From the NCBI GenBank assembly GCA_964538275.1, contig CAZIFW010000026.1:1-33827 (forward strand): a stretch of DNA of 33,827 nucleotides. Reading direction: 5' to 3'. The notes beneath the pieces were generated by a model. It searched no databases. It was not told the DNA's origin and worked only from the letters and a program-made list of their open reading frames with translations. This DNA comes from an uncultured Bacteriovoracaceae bacterium. Its GTDB lineage: Bacteria > Bdellovibrionota > UBA2428. Shown in pieces: positions 1-7,751 of the stretch; the stretch's first letter is position 1; each line of letters opens with the position of its first letter. The translations under genes were made by a program, and so were the position numbers.

Positions 1-332
1 TTACTGATCAAATCCAGGGTCGCACCAAGGACGTCTACGGCTTTGAGTTCTAAGCGAGCCACTCCTTCTGAAAGTGCAACTCGCACTTCAGGAGCAACTA
101 CAGTGTAAATAAGTGGGGCATCGCGAAGCTTTGCTTCTTCCAAAATAGCTTTGGCTTGAGCCTCTGTACGAACCATTTTGTAACGAAATATTTCTATTTT
201 AAGATTTCCGTATTGAATGAGGATCGCTTGAACCAAGTTTTCTACAGTTTCTCCCGTACCGTCGCTCAGTACAAAGAGGGGGAGGGATGTATTCGTGGGT
301 TCAAAGTCCCTAAAAAACTGCGATGCGTTCAT
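1..332 (-). CDS. Partial (N-terminal ~110 aa) PEP synthetase / pyruvate-phosphate-dikinase regulatory protein (kinase/pyrophosphorylase, DUF299). The gene runs off the left edge of the window.
   Basis: The minus-strand translation from the ATG at 330-332 reads MNASQFFRDFEPTNTSLPLFVLSDGTGETVENLVQAILIQYG..., matching the conserved PpsR N-terminus (FxxSDGTGxTxExLxxAxLxQF). The reading frame stays open to position 1. It is absent from the ORF track because there is no in-window stop. Confidence 0.6.
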   Translation of the reverse strand, partial: MNASQFFRDFEPTNTSLPLFVLSDGTGETVENLVQAILIQYGNLKIEIFRYKMVRTEAQAKAILEEAKLRDAPLIYTVVAPEVRVALSEGVARLELKAVDVLGATLDLIS

Positions 333-483
333 TCTTATTCTTATAGTCGAATAGAAGGGCGAAAGAAATTTATAAGTCGCTAGCGTTTCAGAATCTGAAG
401 ACGCTCAGACGAAGTTGCTTGTGATTGCTTATTTAGTAAGTAGGAGCACTTGTTTTCAGTACAACTTCAGCTAACCTTTTTGT

Positions 484-1851
484 ATGGAAATAACTGTAAT
501 TATTGTGGTTCTGGTATCATTATTGGCTTCAGCCAAGTTAGTACATTGGGTTTTGTCGCTTCGACGAGTTGTAGCAACAAATGAAGTGCATATTGTTCAA
601 TCTAGCAAAGAAACGAAATCATATGGAAAAGATACCCAGTACGGCAACAGTTACTATGAATGGCCGTCTTGGATTCCGATTTTTGGTATTTCTAAGATCA
701 CTCTGCCTGTTTCAGTTTTCGATTTAGATCTGAACGAGTATGAAGCTTACGATCAAGGACGTCTTCCTTTCGTGGTAGATATAAAATCCTTTTTCAGGAT
801 AACTGATTCTAATGTAGCAGCGCAGAGAGTGGCTTCATTTGATGAGCTTCAGGAGCAATTAAAGGCCATCGTACAGGGCGCTGTAAGAACCATTTTGGCA
901 TCCTCCGATATTGAGTCTATTATGCAAGGGCGCTCAGTTTACGGCGAGCAGTTTACCAAAGAAGTTTCTGAACAACTTTCGAACTGGGGTGTGAATACCG
1001 TAAAAAATATCGAATTGATGGATATTCGTGACTCAAGAGAATCGCACGTCATTCAGAATATTATGGCTAAGAAAAAATCTGCCATCGAAATGGAGTCAAG
1101 GATTGTTGTTGCCGAGAATATTCGGAAAGCAAAGACGGCAGAAATCGAAGCTCAGCGCGAAGTGGATATGCAAAGTCAGCAGGCTTTGGAAGTTGTAGGG
1201 CGTCGCACAGCGGAGAAAGATAAAGCCGTTGGTATTGCAAATGAATTGTCCCAGCAAGAAATTACGGAGCAACAGCGAACAACTAAAGAAAAACAAATGG
1301 CGGTGATAAAAGTTGCTGAAGTAAAACAGGCTGAGATTACAAAAGAAGTGACACTTGTTCAGGCGCAGCAACAAAAAGAAACGGCCGTTATTCGCGCCGA
1401 AGGGGAAAAGCAGCAAACCGTTCTCATTGCAGACGGGAAACTCGAAGAGCAAAAACGATTGGCGGAAGGAATAACGGTTACCGGTGCTGCGCAAGCAGAG
1501 GCAAAAAAACTTATGGAATTAGCGCCTGTTCAAGCGCAGATCGCGCTGGCTGAAGAGATTGGGGATAATAAGGGATATCAGGAATATCTGATCACTATTC
1601 GACAGGTCGAAGCCAACGAGAAAATTGGCATTGAACAAGCGGGCGCTCTGAAGGCGGCTGATATAAAGATTATTACAAATGCGGGACAACCAGTTGCGGG
1701 GATGAATTCGGTTATGGAGTTATTCAGTTCGAGTGGTGGAACTCAGTTGAGCGGTATGCTCGAGGCTTTAGCACAATCCAAAAACGGAAAAGCACTTCTG
1801 GAGAAAGTTGGCGTTGCGCCCTCCGGAGGGGACTCCTCTTCGAAGAAATAG
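484..1851 (+). CDS. Flotillin / SPFH (band-7) domain protein, YqiK-like.
   Basis: There is an N-terminal transmembrane anchor (ITVIIVVLVSLLASA), then an SPFH-like domain, then a long E/A/K/Q-rich coiled-coil (AEIEAQREVDMQSQQALE...) typical of bacterial flotillins. Confidence 0.65.
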   Translation: MEITVIIVVLVSLLASAKLVHWVLSLRRVVATNEVHIVQSSKETKSYGKDTQYGNSYYEWPSWIPIFGISKITLPVSVFDLDLNEYEAYDQGRLPFVVDIKSFFRITDSNVAAQRVASFDELQEQLKAIVQGAVRTILASSDIESIMQGRSVYGEQFTKEVSEQLSNWGVNTVKNIELMDIRDSRESHVIQNIMAKKKSAIEMESRIVVAENIRKAKTAEIEAQREVDMQSQQALEVVGRRTAEKDKAVGIANELSQQEITEQQRTTKEKQMAVIKVAEVKQAEITKEVTLVQAQQQKETAVIRAEGEKQQTVLIADGKLEEQKRLAEGITVTGAAQAEAKKLMELAPVQAQIALAEEIGDNKGYQEYLITIRQVEANEKIGIEQAGALKAADIKIITNAGQPVAGMNSVMELFSSSGGTQLSGMLEALAQSKNGKALLEKVGVAPSGGDSSSKK

Positions 1852-1980
1852 TTACCACATTAGCTAAGTCTGCTCGGGCGAGGAAAATGTCCCGGGCAGA
1901 GGGAAAAATAGCCTCAGCTTTTTTGCCTCGTATTCTAAAAATGCCAATACACTGGGCCTGTTTATTGCAGCGCTAAGAAC

Positions 1981-2148
1981 TATGGAATCCATGCATCTCA
2001 GAAAACTCAAACACAAATATCGTTATGGCTTAATTCATCACGAAGAGAGTGAACTCAGAGAGAAAGGCGGGGTGTTGCCACCGCTTTTGATGTATCTCGT
2101 GGGAGTTCCCGCTGGTATTTGCCTTTTGCTCTGGTTGATCTTCTTCTA
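1981..2148 (+). CDS. Doubtful small ORF (55 aa) with a hydrophobic C-terminal helix (LLMYLVGVPAGICLLLWLIFF).
   Basis: An ATG-initiated ORF sits in an otherwise empty 394-bp gap. It has no clear Shine-Dalgarno (SD) sequence. An equally long antisense reading frame overlaps it, so coding status is uncertain. Confidence 0.15.
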
Positions 2149-2245
2149 ACGCGGCACGTTGTATAACGAGCTGGGCTTCCTGCAATTTAGTCGCAGCTTT
2201 TTGACGCTCCTTACGTTCAGCCTCTAGGCACCGTATACTGTTTTC

Positions 2246-2986
2246 ATGGGTCAGGGGCTATCAAGGAAGATTTGTTTAGTTGGATGCTTTTCATTGTTTG
2301 GAACTTTTGCCTATGCGCAAGATGAAATGCTAAAGCCTGTAGAGGCTTATCAGATTCAATCGCAATACGGCCCCGAAGTTGCAGTGCTAAATCCTATCTT
2401 CGATAAAAATAATGCATTTGAATTTATGTTGGGGCTAAACTATGCGCCCACTTCTAGTTTGTATGATTATGCGGGAGTTTCAGGAGGCTTGGCGTATCAT
2501 CTGAACCGTCGCCATAGCTTAGAAGCTTCTGTGCAATATAATTTCTTTTCTGAAATGTCTGCTTTTGCTGAAGAAGAAATACGCGATAAGTGCGCACAGG
2601 CTGGATGTGCGGCAGGAAGCCTTGGAATCGACCTTCCTATCATGATGGTCGCAGCACTCTACACATTCACTCCGTATTACACAAAAATGCACATTACCGA
2701 TATGTCAGTCGTGCACATGGATATCACTGCGAGTTTAGGTCCTGCCGGTGTTATGACCGAAGAAGCACGTTTTTCCGGAGATACAGGCGATGTGAACTGG
2801 CAGTTTGGTGGAATGCTAGCAGCAGGGATTCGAATTTTAAAACGTAATCGTTGGGGTTTTCGTATTGAGTTGAAAGACTTTATACACCAGTCCACTAACG
2901 TGGGATCTAAAGAACTCGTTAACGATCTGCAGTTGAGTGCGGGTGTAAGTTTCTTCTTGGATTCTTTCCCCAGTTATGTGGATTAG
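2246..2986 (+). CDS. Hypothetical secreted protein with an N-terminal signal peptide, possibly an outer-membrane protein.
   Basis: The N-terminus (KICLVGCFSLFGTFAYA|QD) fits a Sec signal peptide. The ORF track flagged no similarity and I recognise no family signature. Confidence 0.5.
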   Translation: MGQGLSRKICLVGCFSLFGTFAYAQDEMLKPVEAYQIQSQYGPEVAVLNPIFDKNNAFEFMLGLNYAPTSSLYDYAGVSGGLAYHLNRRHSLEASVQYNFFSEMSAFAEEEIRDKCAQAGCAAGSLGIDLPIMMVAALYTFTPYYTKMHITDMSVVHMDITASLGPAGVMTEEARFSGDTGDVNWQFGGMLAAGIRILKRNRWGFRIELKDFIHQSTNVGSKELVNDLQLSAGVSFFLDSFPSYVD

Positions 2987-3099
2987 TTTTTATTGAGTAT
3001 TTCATATTGCTTAGATTTTTTAAGGTATTAGATCTTGATTAGAGAACCATAATTGACGTAGCACTGCGTCATGGTTGTTTCTTTGAAAGGAGATACTTT

Positions 3100-3633
3100 A
3101 TGAAAAATACATTCCTTGCGATTTCTTTATTTGCCCTTTGTCCTATGTTGAAATCAGATGATGCTCAGACTCTTACACGTGAAGAGCGAGACTTAGGTGC
3201 GGCATCTGTTGTTCAACTGTTTAAAGTTGAACATAAAATCGAATCTCAGTCTGGAGATCCTAGTGGACCTAAAGAGGATTTGGTTAATACTCTTAATGTT
3301 GCAGTGATTGCAAATGGAAGTGCGTCTAATCCCTTGAGTGACCTGATTATATCCTCTGAGAATGATGAAGGAGATGAAAATCCTCTACCGGTTCATAAAG
3401 TGGATACTAAGGGATTAAACAATGTTGAAAGTGTAGAAGGCAAGTGGGTGAATGCCAATAACTTAAGTGCGGGATATTACATTTTTGTAAAAGGGTCGCA
3501 AAATGACTTAAGCCCTGAGGGTGATCTTAGTCCCAAAAATAAGCTTATAACTATCAAAATTACTGATTCCACAAATGTATATTTAGAGAATTTAGAAGTT
3601 ACTGTGAGTGAAGTAGAAAAAGCTCCAAAATAA
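3100..3633 (+). CDS. Hypothetical secreted protein (177 aa).
   Basis: A strong SD (AAAGGAGATACTTT-ATG) precedes it. A signal peptide is present (MKNTFLAISLFALCPML). It is followed by a clear terminator. Confidence 0.55.
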   Translation: MKNTFLAISLFALCPMLKSDDAQTLTREERDLGAASVVQLFKVEHKIESQSGDPSGPKEDLVNTLNVAVIANGSASNPLSDLIISSENDEGDENPLPVHKVDTKGLNNVESVEGKWVNANNLSAGYYIFVKGSQNDLSPEGDLSPKNKLITIKITDSTNVYLENLEVTVSEVEKAPK

Positions 3634-3659
3634 TTTATTTTAATTTTTTGTTAAGAAGA

Positions 3660-3696
3660 GGCAGGCTTGAGACGATGTCTTGAGTCTGCCTTTTTT
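3660..3696 (+). terminator. Rho-independent terminator after the 3100-3633 gene.
   Basis: GGCAGGCTTGAGAC-GAT-GTCTTGAGTCTGCC forms a stem with some G:U pairs and is followed by TTTTTT. Confidence 0.6.
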
Positions 3697-3785
3697 GCGA
3701 GAGTGTAGGGCCTGAAAGAGTACGACTCATGTACTATCTCCCAGAACGGGGTGAAAGATTTTTAGACAGCTGCTAGTCTAGGTTT

Positions 3786-5180
3786 ATGTTTGATTCTATT
3801 CAGAAGAGCTTTGGCAGTGCCTTAAAAAAACTCAGAGGCAAATCTCGTCTGACCGAGGGTGAAGTTGACGAAGTCCTTGCAGAAATTCGCGTAGGGTTAC
3901 TTGAGGCCGATGTTCACTTCCGTGTTGTTCGCGATTTCTTAGCTCGAATTAAAGAACGATGTTTGCGCGAAGATGTGATGAAGTCACTCTCTCCAGAACA
4001 ACAAGTTTTAAAAGTGTTATCTGAAGAACTCACTTCAATTTTGGGTGGGCAATCTCGTGATCTTGATTTGAGTGTAAAGCCGCCTGCCGTTATTTTGTTG
4101 TGCGGTTTACAGGGATCAGGAAAAACAACTTCACTTATTAAACTTGCGTTGCATCTAAAAAATAAAGGCAAACGCGTAAAAGTTGTCAGCACAGACGTGC
4201 GCCGTCCCGCAGCACTTGAGCAATTAAAACAATTAGCTGAGCGCAATCAAATTGAAGGAATTTATTTTGATGAACAAAGCGCCATGAATCCGCGCAAAAT
4301 TGCAGAAGCAGCCTTGAGTGACGCTGAAAAAACCAACATTGAAGTTCTCTTGGTAGATACTGCAGGTCGTGTGCAATTGGACGACGAATTAATGAGCGAG
4401 CTTTCTGATTTGGTTAAGATTTTAAATCCGGCAGAACGTTTACTCGTTATCGACGCTATGATGGGACAAGGCGCAGTCGATGTTGCAGAAGGCTTTCAGC
4501 AAAAAGTAAACTTGAGCGGAGCTATACTTACAAAAATGGATGGTGACTCTCGTGGGGGGGCTGCACTTTCTTTGGTTTCAGTAACAGGTAAGCCTATCAA
4601 GTTTATTGGTCACGGTGAGCGCGCTGTAGACTTTGAAGTTTTTCATCCTGATCGTATTTCTTCGCGCCTTTTGGATATGGGCGATGTCATGAGTCTTATT
4701 GAACGTGCTGAAGAAGCGCTTAAAGACGAAGACGTTGCAAAAGACGAAATGGCTGAAGGTCTTGCAAAGGGATCTTTTACTCTTGAAGATTTTCGCAATC
4801 AGTTGCGTTTGGTTTCTAAGATGGGAAGCATGGGAAGTTTGATGAAAATGCTTCCCGGTATGGGCGCCATTCAAGAGCAATTTAATGAAAAAGAAGCTGA
4901 TCAAGAATTTAAAAAGATCAATGCAATTTTAAATTCCATGACTCCGCGTGAGCGCAAAGAACCTCAAGTGATCAACGGCTCGCGCAGATCACGAATCTCC
5001 AAGGGGTCGGGAATTGCTGTTCAAGACATCAATAGTTTTCTCAAGCGATTTGAAGAAGCTCGCCGCGCTATGAAGAAATTAGGAAAGTGGGCCAAGATGT
5101 TTGGGGGCAGTGGCGGACCTCCTGCGGGTATGGATCCGTTTCAAGGAAAACGCAGCAAGGGTTTTGGTCGTAAGTATTAA
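3786..5180 (+). CDS. ffh: Signal recognition particle protein Ffh.
   Basis: The GTPase P-loop (LCGLQGSGKTTS), DTAGR, TKMDGDSRGGAALS, and a C-terminal Met-rich M-domain (MGSMGSLMKMLPGMG) are all present. Confidence 0.95.
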   Translation: MFDSIQKSFGSALKKLRGKSRLTEGEVDEVLAEIRVGLLEADVHFRVVRDFLARIKERCLREDVMKSLSPEQQVLKVLSEELTSILGGQSRDLDLSVKPPAVILLCGLQGSGKTTSLIKLALHLKNKGKRVKVVSTDVRRPAALEQLKQLAERNQIEGIYFDEQSAMNPRKIAEAALSDAEKTNIEVLLVDTAGRVQLDDELMSELSDLVKILNPAERLLVIDAMMGQGAVDVAEGFQQKVNLSGAILTKMDGDSRGGAALSLVSVTGKPIKFIGHGERAVDFEVFHPDRISSRLLDMGDVMSLIERAEEALKDEDVAKDEMAEGLAKGSFTLEDFRNQLRLVSKMGSMGSLMKMLPGMGAIQEQFNEKEADQEFKKINAILNSMTPRERKEPQVINGSRRSRISKGSGIAVQDINSFLKRFEEARRAMKKLGKWAKMFGGSGGPPAGMDPFQGKRSKGFGRKY

Positions 5181-5280
5181 CTATAAGCAATTGTAAATAT
5201 TGAGTTATTTCTTCAAGTTGGCTGGATTGTAAGATTTATTAATTCATTAAAGTGTAGCAAAGATTAAATATTTTAGTTAT

Positions 5281-6111
5281 TTGTTACACACGGTGCATCA
5301 AGAAACGAGTCGAGACTTTTACTATAGGAAAAAACTTCATGAAAGTTTTGATCTAAGAAAGAAAAAACGCGCTGGCTATTCTTTGCGCGGCTTTGCTCGA
5401 GACCTCAATATCCTAGCACCCACTTTATCAAGTGTGATGAAGGGACATCGCACACTTCCTTTTGTGATGGCACTAAAAGTGAGTGATCGCTTAGAACTTG
5501 ATAAGACTTCGCGAGAGCAATTCCTTGAAAGTGTCATTGAAGAAAAAAAGCTTAGGCCACAGCGCAGACTTAAAAAAAGAGTTCTTCAAAAAGCATTGAG
5601 TCTTAAAGATGATCTACAAGAAGAGATTTTATCTACTCCGCTCTATTTTTCAGTGCTCAGTTTTTTACGTCTTGATATTCCTTCTAAAACACCAAAGGAC
5701 ATTGCGCGATTTTTTGGAATCACAGAAGTACGTGCAAGTTTTGTTGTTGAAAGGCTCTATCGAGTAGGAATGATTAAGTTTGAAAGAGGGCAATTAGCCC
5801 TGTCGGCAGAAGCTTTTAGGACTTCGGACGAAAAACCTTCATTGGCGATTCGTAATGCCCATAAAGAAACTTTAAAGCAGGCCGCTGACTCATTAGATAA
5901 TGTGCCACTCGAGATGCGAGATTTTTGTTCGCTTCGTGTACCACTTAATAAACGATCCATCGCAAAAGTTAAAAAAGAAGTGCGCTTAATGCTTGAGCGT
6001 GTTTATCAAATGTGTGCGTCAGATACAGACAAGGACGAGGTTTATGAATTTTCTGTACAATTTTTTCCACGAACGATTTTATCTACACAAAGAGGTAACT
6101 GTGAGAAGTAG
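5281..6111 (+). CDS. TIGR02147 / DUF4423-family protein (a paralogous family in Fibrobacter and Bdellovibrio) with an N-terminal HTH-like region.
   Basis: The N-terminus DFYYRKKLHESFDLRKKKRAGYSLRGFARDLNILAPTLSSVMKGHRTL matches the family hallmark Y..YL....K....FS.RAFA...G.S.GYLS.VL.GKR.L. The start codon is uncertain (TTG at 5281 or GTG at 5293). There is no in-frame ATG near the N-terminus. Confidence 0.55.
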   Translation: MLHTVHQETSRDFYYRKKLHESFDLRKKKRAGYSLRGFARDLNILAPTLSSVMKGHRTLPFVMALKVSDRLELDKTSREQFLESVIEEKKLRPQRRLKKRVLQKALSLKDDLQEEILSTPLYFSVLSFLRLDIPSKTPKDIARFFGITEVRASFVVERLYRVGMIKFERGQLALSAEAFRTSDEKPSLAIRNAHKETLKQAADSLDNVPLEMRDFCSLRVPLNKRSIAKVKKEVRLMLERVYQMCASDTDKDEVYEFSVQFFPRTILSTQRGNCEK

Positions 6112-6835
6112 CATTATTTTTACTTTTCTTTTTATAGCTTTATTTATGGCTGAAGCTCAGTCAGTAACAGGCAATGGAGGGAATGGGGATAGTCTCTATC
6201 GATATTATTCCGTTAAATACCTTAAAAAGTTAAAGCCTTTGTCTCCAGTTTTAAGCAACACTGTGGATTTTAACCTTGTTGTTTTTACTCCTGAACAATT
6301 ACTGGAGGTTGAATGGTTTCCAAGCTCCAAATTTTCCAATTTGAAAATTTGCGAGAACTTTTTTTCTGAGGCTTACAAAGGATGGCGTGAGTTTGTAGAG
6401 ATAAATCAAGTTTCTGGAGCCTTTGATCTTTCAAAGTTAAATGATTCAATGACTTTGGATCAATTAGTTTATTGGGATAATTTTTTAAAACAGGATTTTA
6501 GTTTTTTATGTTCAAATCAGAGGTTTTCAAGAGGCTTTGTAAGTAGTGTTTCCCAAGTGCCGTTTCTAGCAGCAAACTTTCAAAAAAAACTTAAAATTGT
6601 TTTAAATGATCTTTTTGTTCCTGTTGATAGTACTTTCTTCTGTGCAAGGTTTGCAGGGCAGGGTGATTTTTACAATGAATGCGATAACTTTTTCTTTAAG
6701 TCAATTGCTCTGCACGAAGTCTTAAGTTTGGTGCTTCCCAAATATGAAGGAAGCTATCGCTATGAGATAACATCTTATTATTTGAGTTATCGGGTTCATG
6801 AGGTAAACACTCCAAAGTTAGCCACTCTCAAATAA
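6101..6835 (+). CDS. Hypothetical secreted protein, probably co-transcribed with the TIGR02147-family gene.
   Basis: The ORF track opens this frame at 5993. A GTG at 6101 is preceded by AAAGAGG and starts a clean signal peptide (VRSSIIFTFLFIALFMAEA|QS). It overlaps the upstream stop by 11 nt. Confidence 0.45.
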   Translation: MRSSIIFTFLFIALFMAEAQSVTGNGGNGDSLYRYYSVKYLKKLKPLSPVLSNTVDFNLVVFTPEQLLEVEWFPSSKFSNLKICENFFSEAYKGWREFVEINQVSGAFDLSKLNDSMTLDQLVYWDNFLKQDFSFLCSNQRFSRGFVSSVSQVPFLAANFQKKLKIVLNDLFVPVDSTFFCARFAGQGDFYNECDNFFFKSIALHEVLSLVLPKYEGSYRYEITSYYLSYRVHEVNTPKLATLK

Positions 6836-6862
6836 GTGACTAACTTTGAGTGACTCTTAGAA

Positions 6863-7564
6863 TTATTTAATAGTTTTAAATTCGAAGCCTAAAAGTTTTG
6901 TAACTGAATTCACAACTTTTATAGGAGCATTGATGCCAGTTTTTGCAATACCTTTAGTGGCGTTGTACGCACCTTTGGGAGAAAAGTTTGCTACTGATCG
7001 AATGAGAGCGTGAGAATCTTTCACAAGACTTTTGCTGATTTCTACAACCATGTTCGCGTCATCACTTACATAATCAATGGCAAAGTTCACAGCACGAGCT
7101 GAGTAATCACCTAGGGGCACAAGAGTGTAGTTCCCCAAGGTGCTACCTTGACCAAGGTTTTGAAGAGTTCCAAGGCTCATCTCTACAGCGTATTTTGCCG
7201 CACCACCTGTAATAGCAACACCTTGTTCAGTGAAGTCAAATGCGAGTTTGCTCACATCTTCTCCAGCTCCAGCGCTCGCTTCAACACCCGCTGCATGAAG
7301 GTCGCTCACTTTTTCTGTTACAGCCGACCAAAGCGTTGCAGATTTTTTACCCGTAAAAATTACTTGTAAAAGATTACCTTGCTTATCAAGCACAGCAACG
7401 GCTGTATCTGTTGTGTTTTCTACAGATTGGCCAAGAGCATTCCTTAGGTTTACCGCAGCAGCACGTGTTTTGCTGTAGCCAGTGTTTGCAGCATTCTTTA
7501 CTCCAGAATAGGCCATTCCAGAAGCTACAAGAGTTAATGTTAAAATAGTTTTATTGAGTTTCAT
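6863..7564 (-). CDS. Hypothetical secreted protein (~233 aa), Ala/Gly/Thr-rich.
   Basis: The start is the second ATG (MKLNKTILTLTLVASGMAYS). It is preceded by GGAGG with correct spacing, and the first ATG lies inside that SD. A signal peptide is present. Confidence 0.55.
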   Translation of the reverse strand: MKLNKTILTLTLVASGMAYSGVKNAANTGYSKTRAAAVNLRNALGQSVENTTDTAVAVLDKQGNLLQVIFTGKKSATLWSAVTEKVSDLHAAGVEASAGAGEDVSKLAFDFTEQGVAITGGAAKYAVEMSLGTLQNLGQGSTLGNYTLVPLGDYSARAVNFAIDYVSDDANMVVEISKSLVKDSHALIRSVANFSPKGAYNATKGIAKTGINAPIKVVNSVTKLLGFEFKTIK

Positions 7565-7751
7565 AAGCACCTCCATTTGAAAGCAAGCATTATTGCTTGT
7601 TCTTTATGGCTTTAAGAATGTTTCGCTTTAGGAACAATCTGATTCGGATTCTGTAAAGTGTCGTTTGTATCTATTTGCTACAGTTGTTTATACATTCAAA
7701 TTAAGAACAAGCTTGTTTACTCTCTAAGTCGCCGGCGATAAAGATCTCTGA

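Noticed and set aside
156-383. 75-aa plus-strand ORF from the track.
   Set aside because: It lies antisense to the well-supported minus-strand PpsR-like N-terminus, has no SD and looks like no known protein.
1096-1494. 132-aa minus-strand ORF inside the flotillin gene.
   Set aside because: It is antisense to a confidently called CDS and has a low-complexity F/L-rich translation typical of shadow ORFs. The same applies to 2590..2847, 2677..2895, 3914..4246, 4578..4904, 5757..5960, 7148..7369, 10042..10326, 15038..15335, 16061..16255, 17617..17856, 18408..18875, 19259..19621, 20027..20266, 22119..22307, 23009..23222, 24677..24985, 25694..25975, 26570..26761, 27010..27492, 28078..28598, 29159..29350, 30272..30700, 32451..32738 and 33338..33622.
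3698-3785. SRP RNA (ffs) adjacent to ffh.
   Set aside because: No GGAA-tetraloop/Domain-IV consensus (…GGUCAGGUCCGGAAGGAAGCAGCC…) was found here or elsewhere in the window.
5993-6100. 5' extension of the 6101-6835 ORF as drawn in the track (start at 5993).
   Set aside because: The extension overlaps the TIGR02147-family gene and encodes no signal peptide. A GTG at 6101 with AAAGAGG upstream yields a clean signal peptide.
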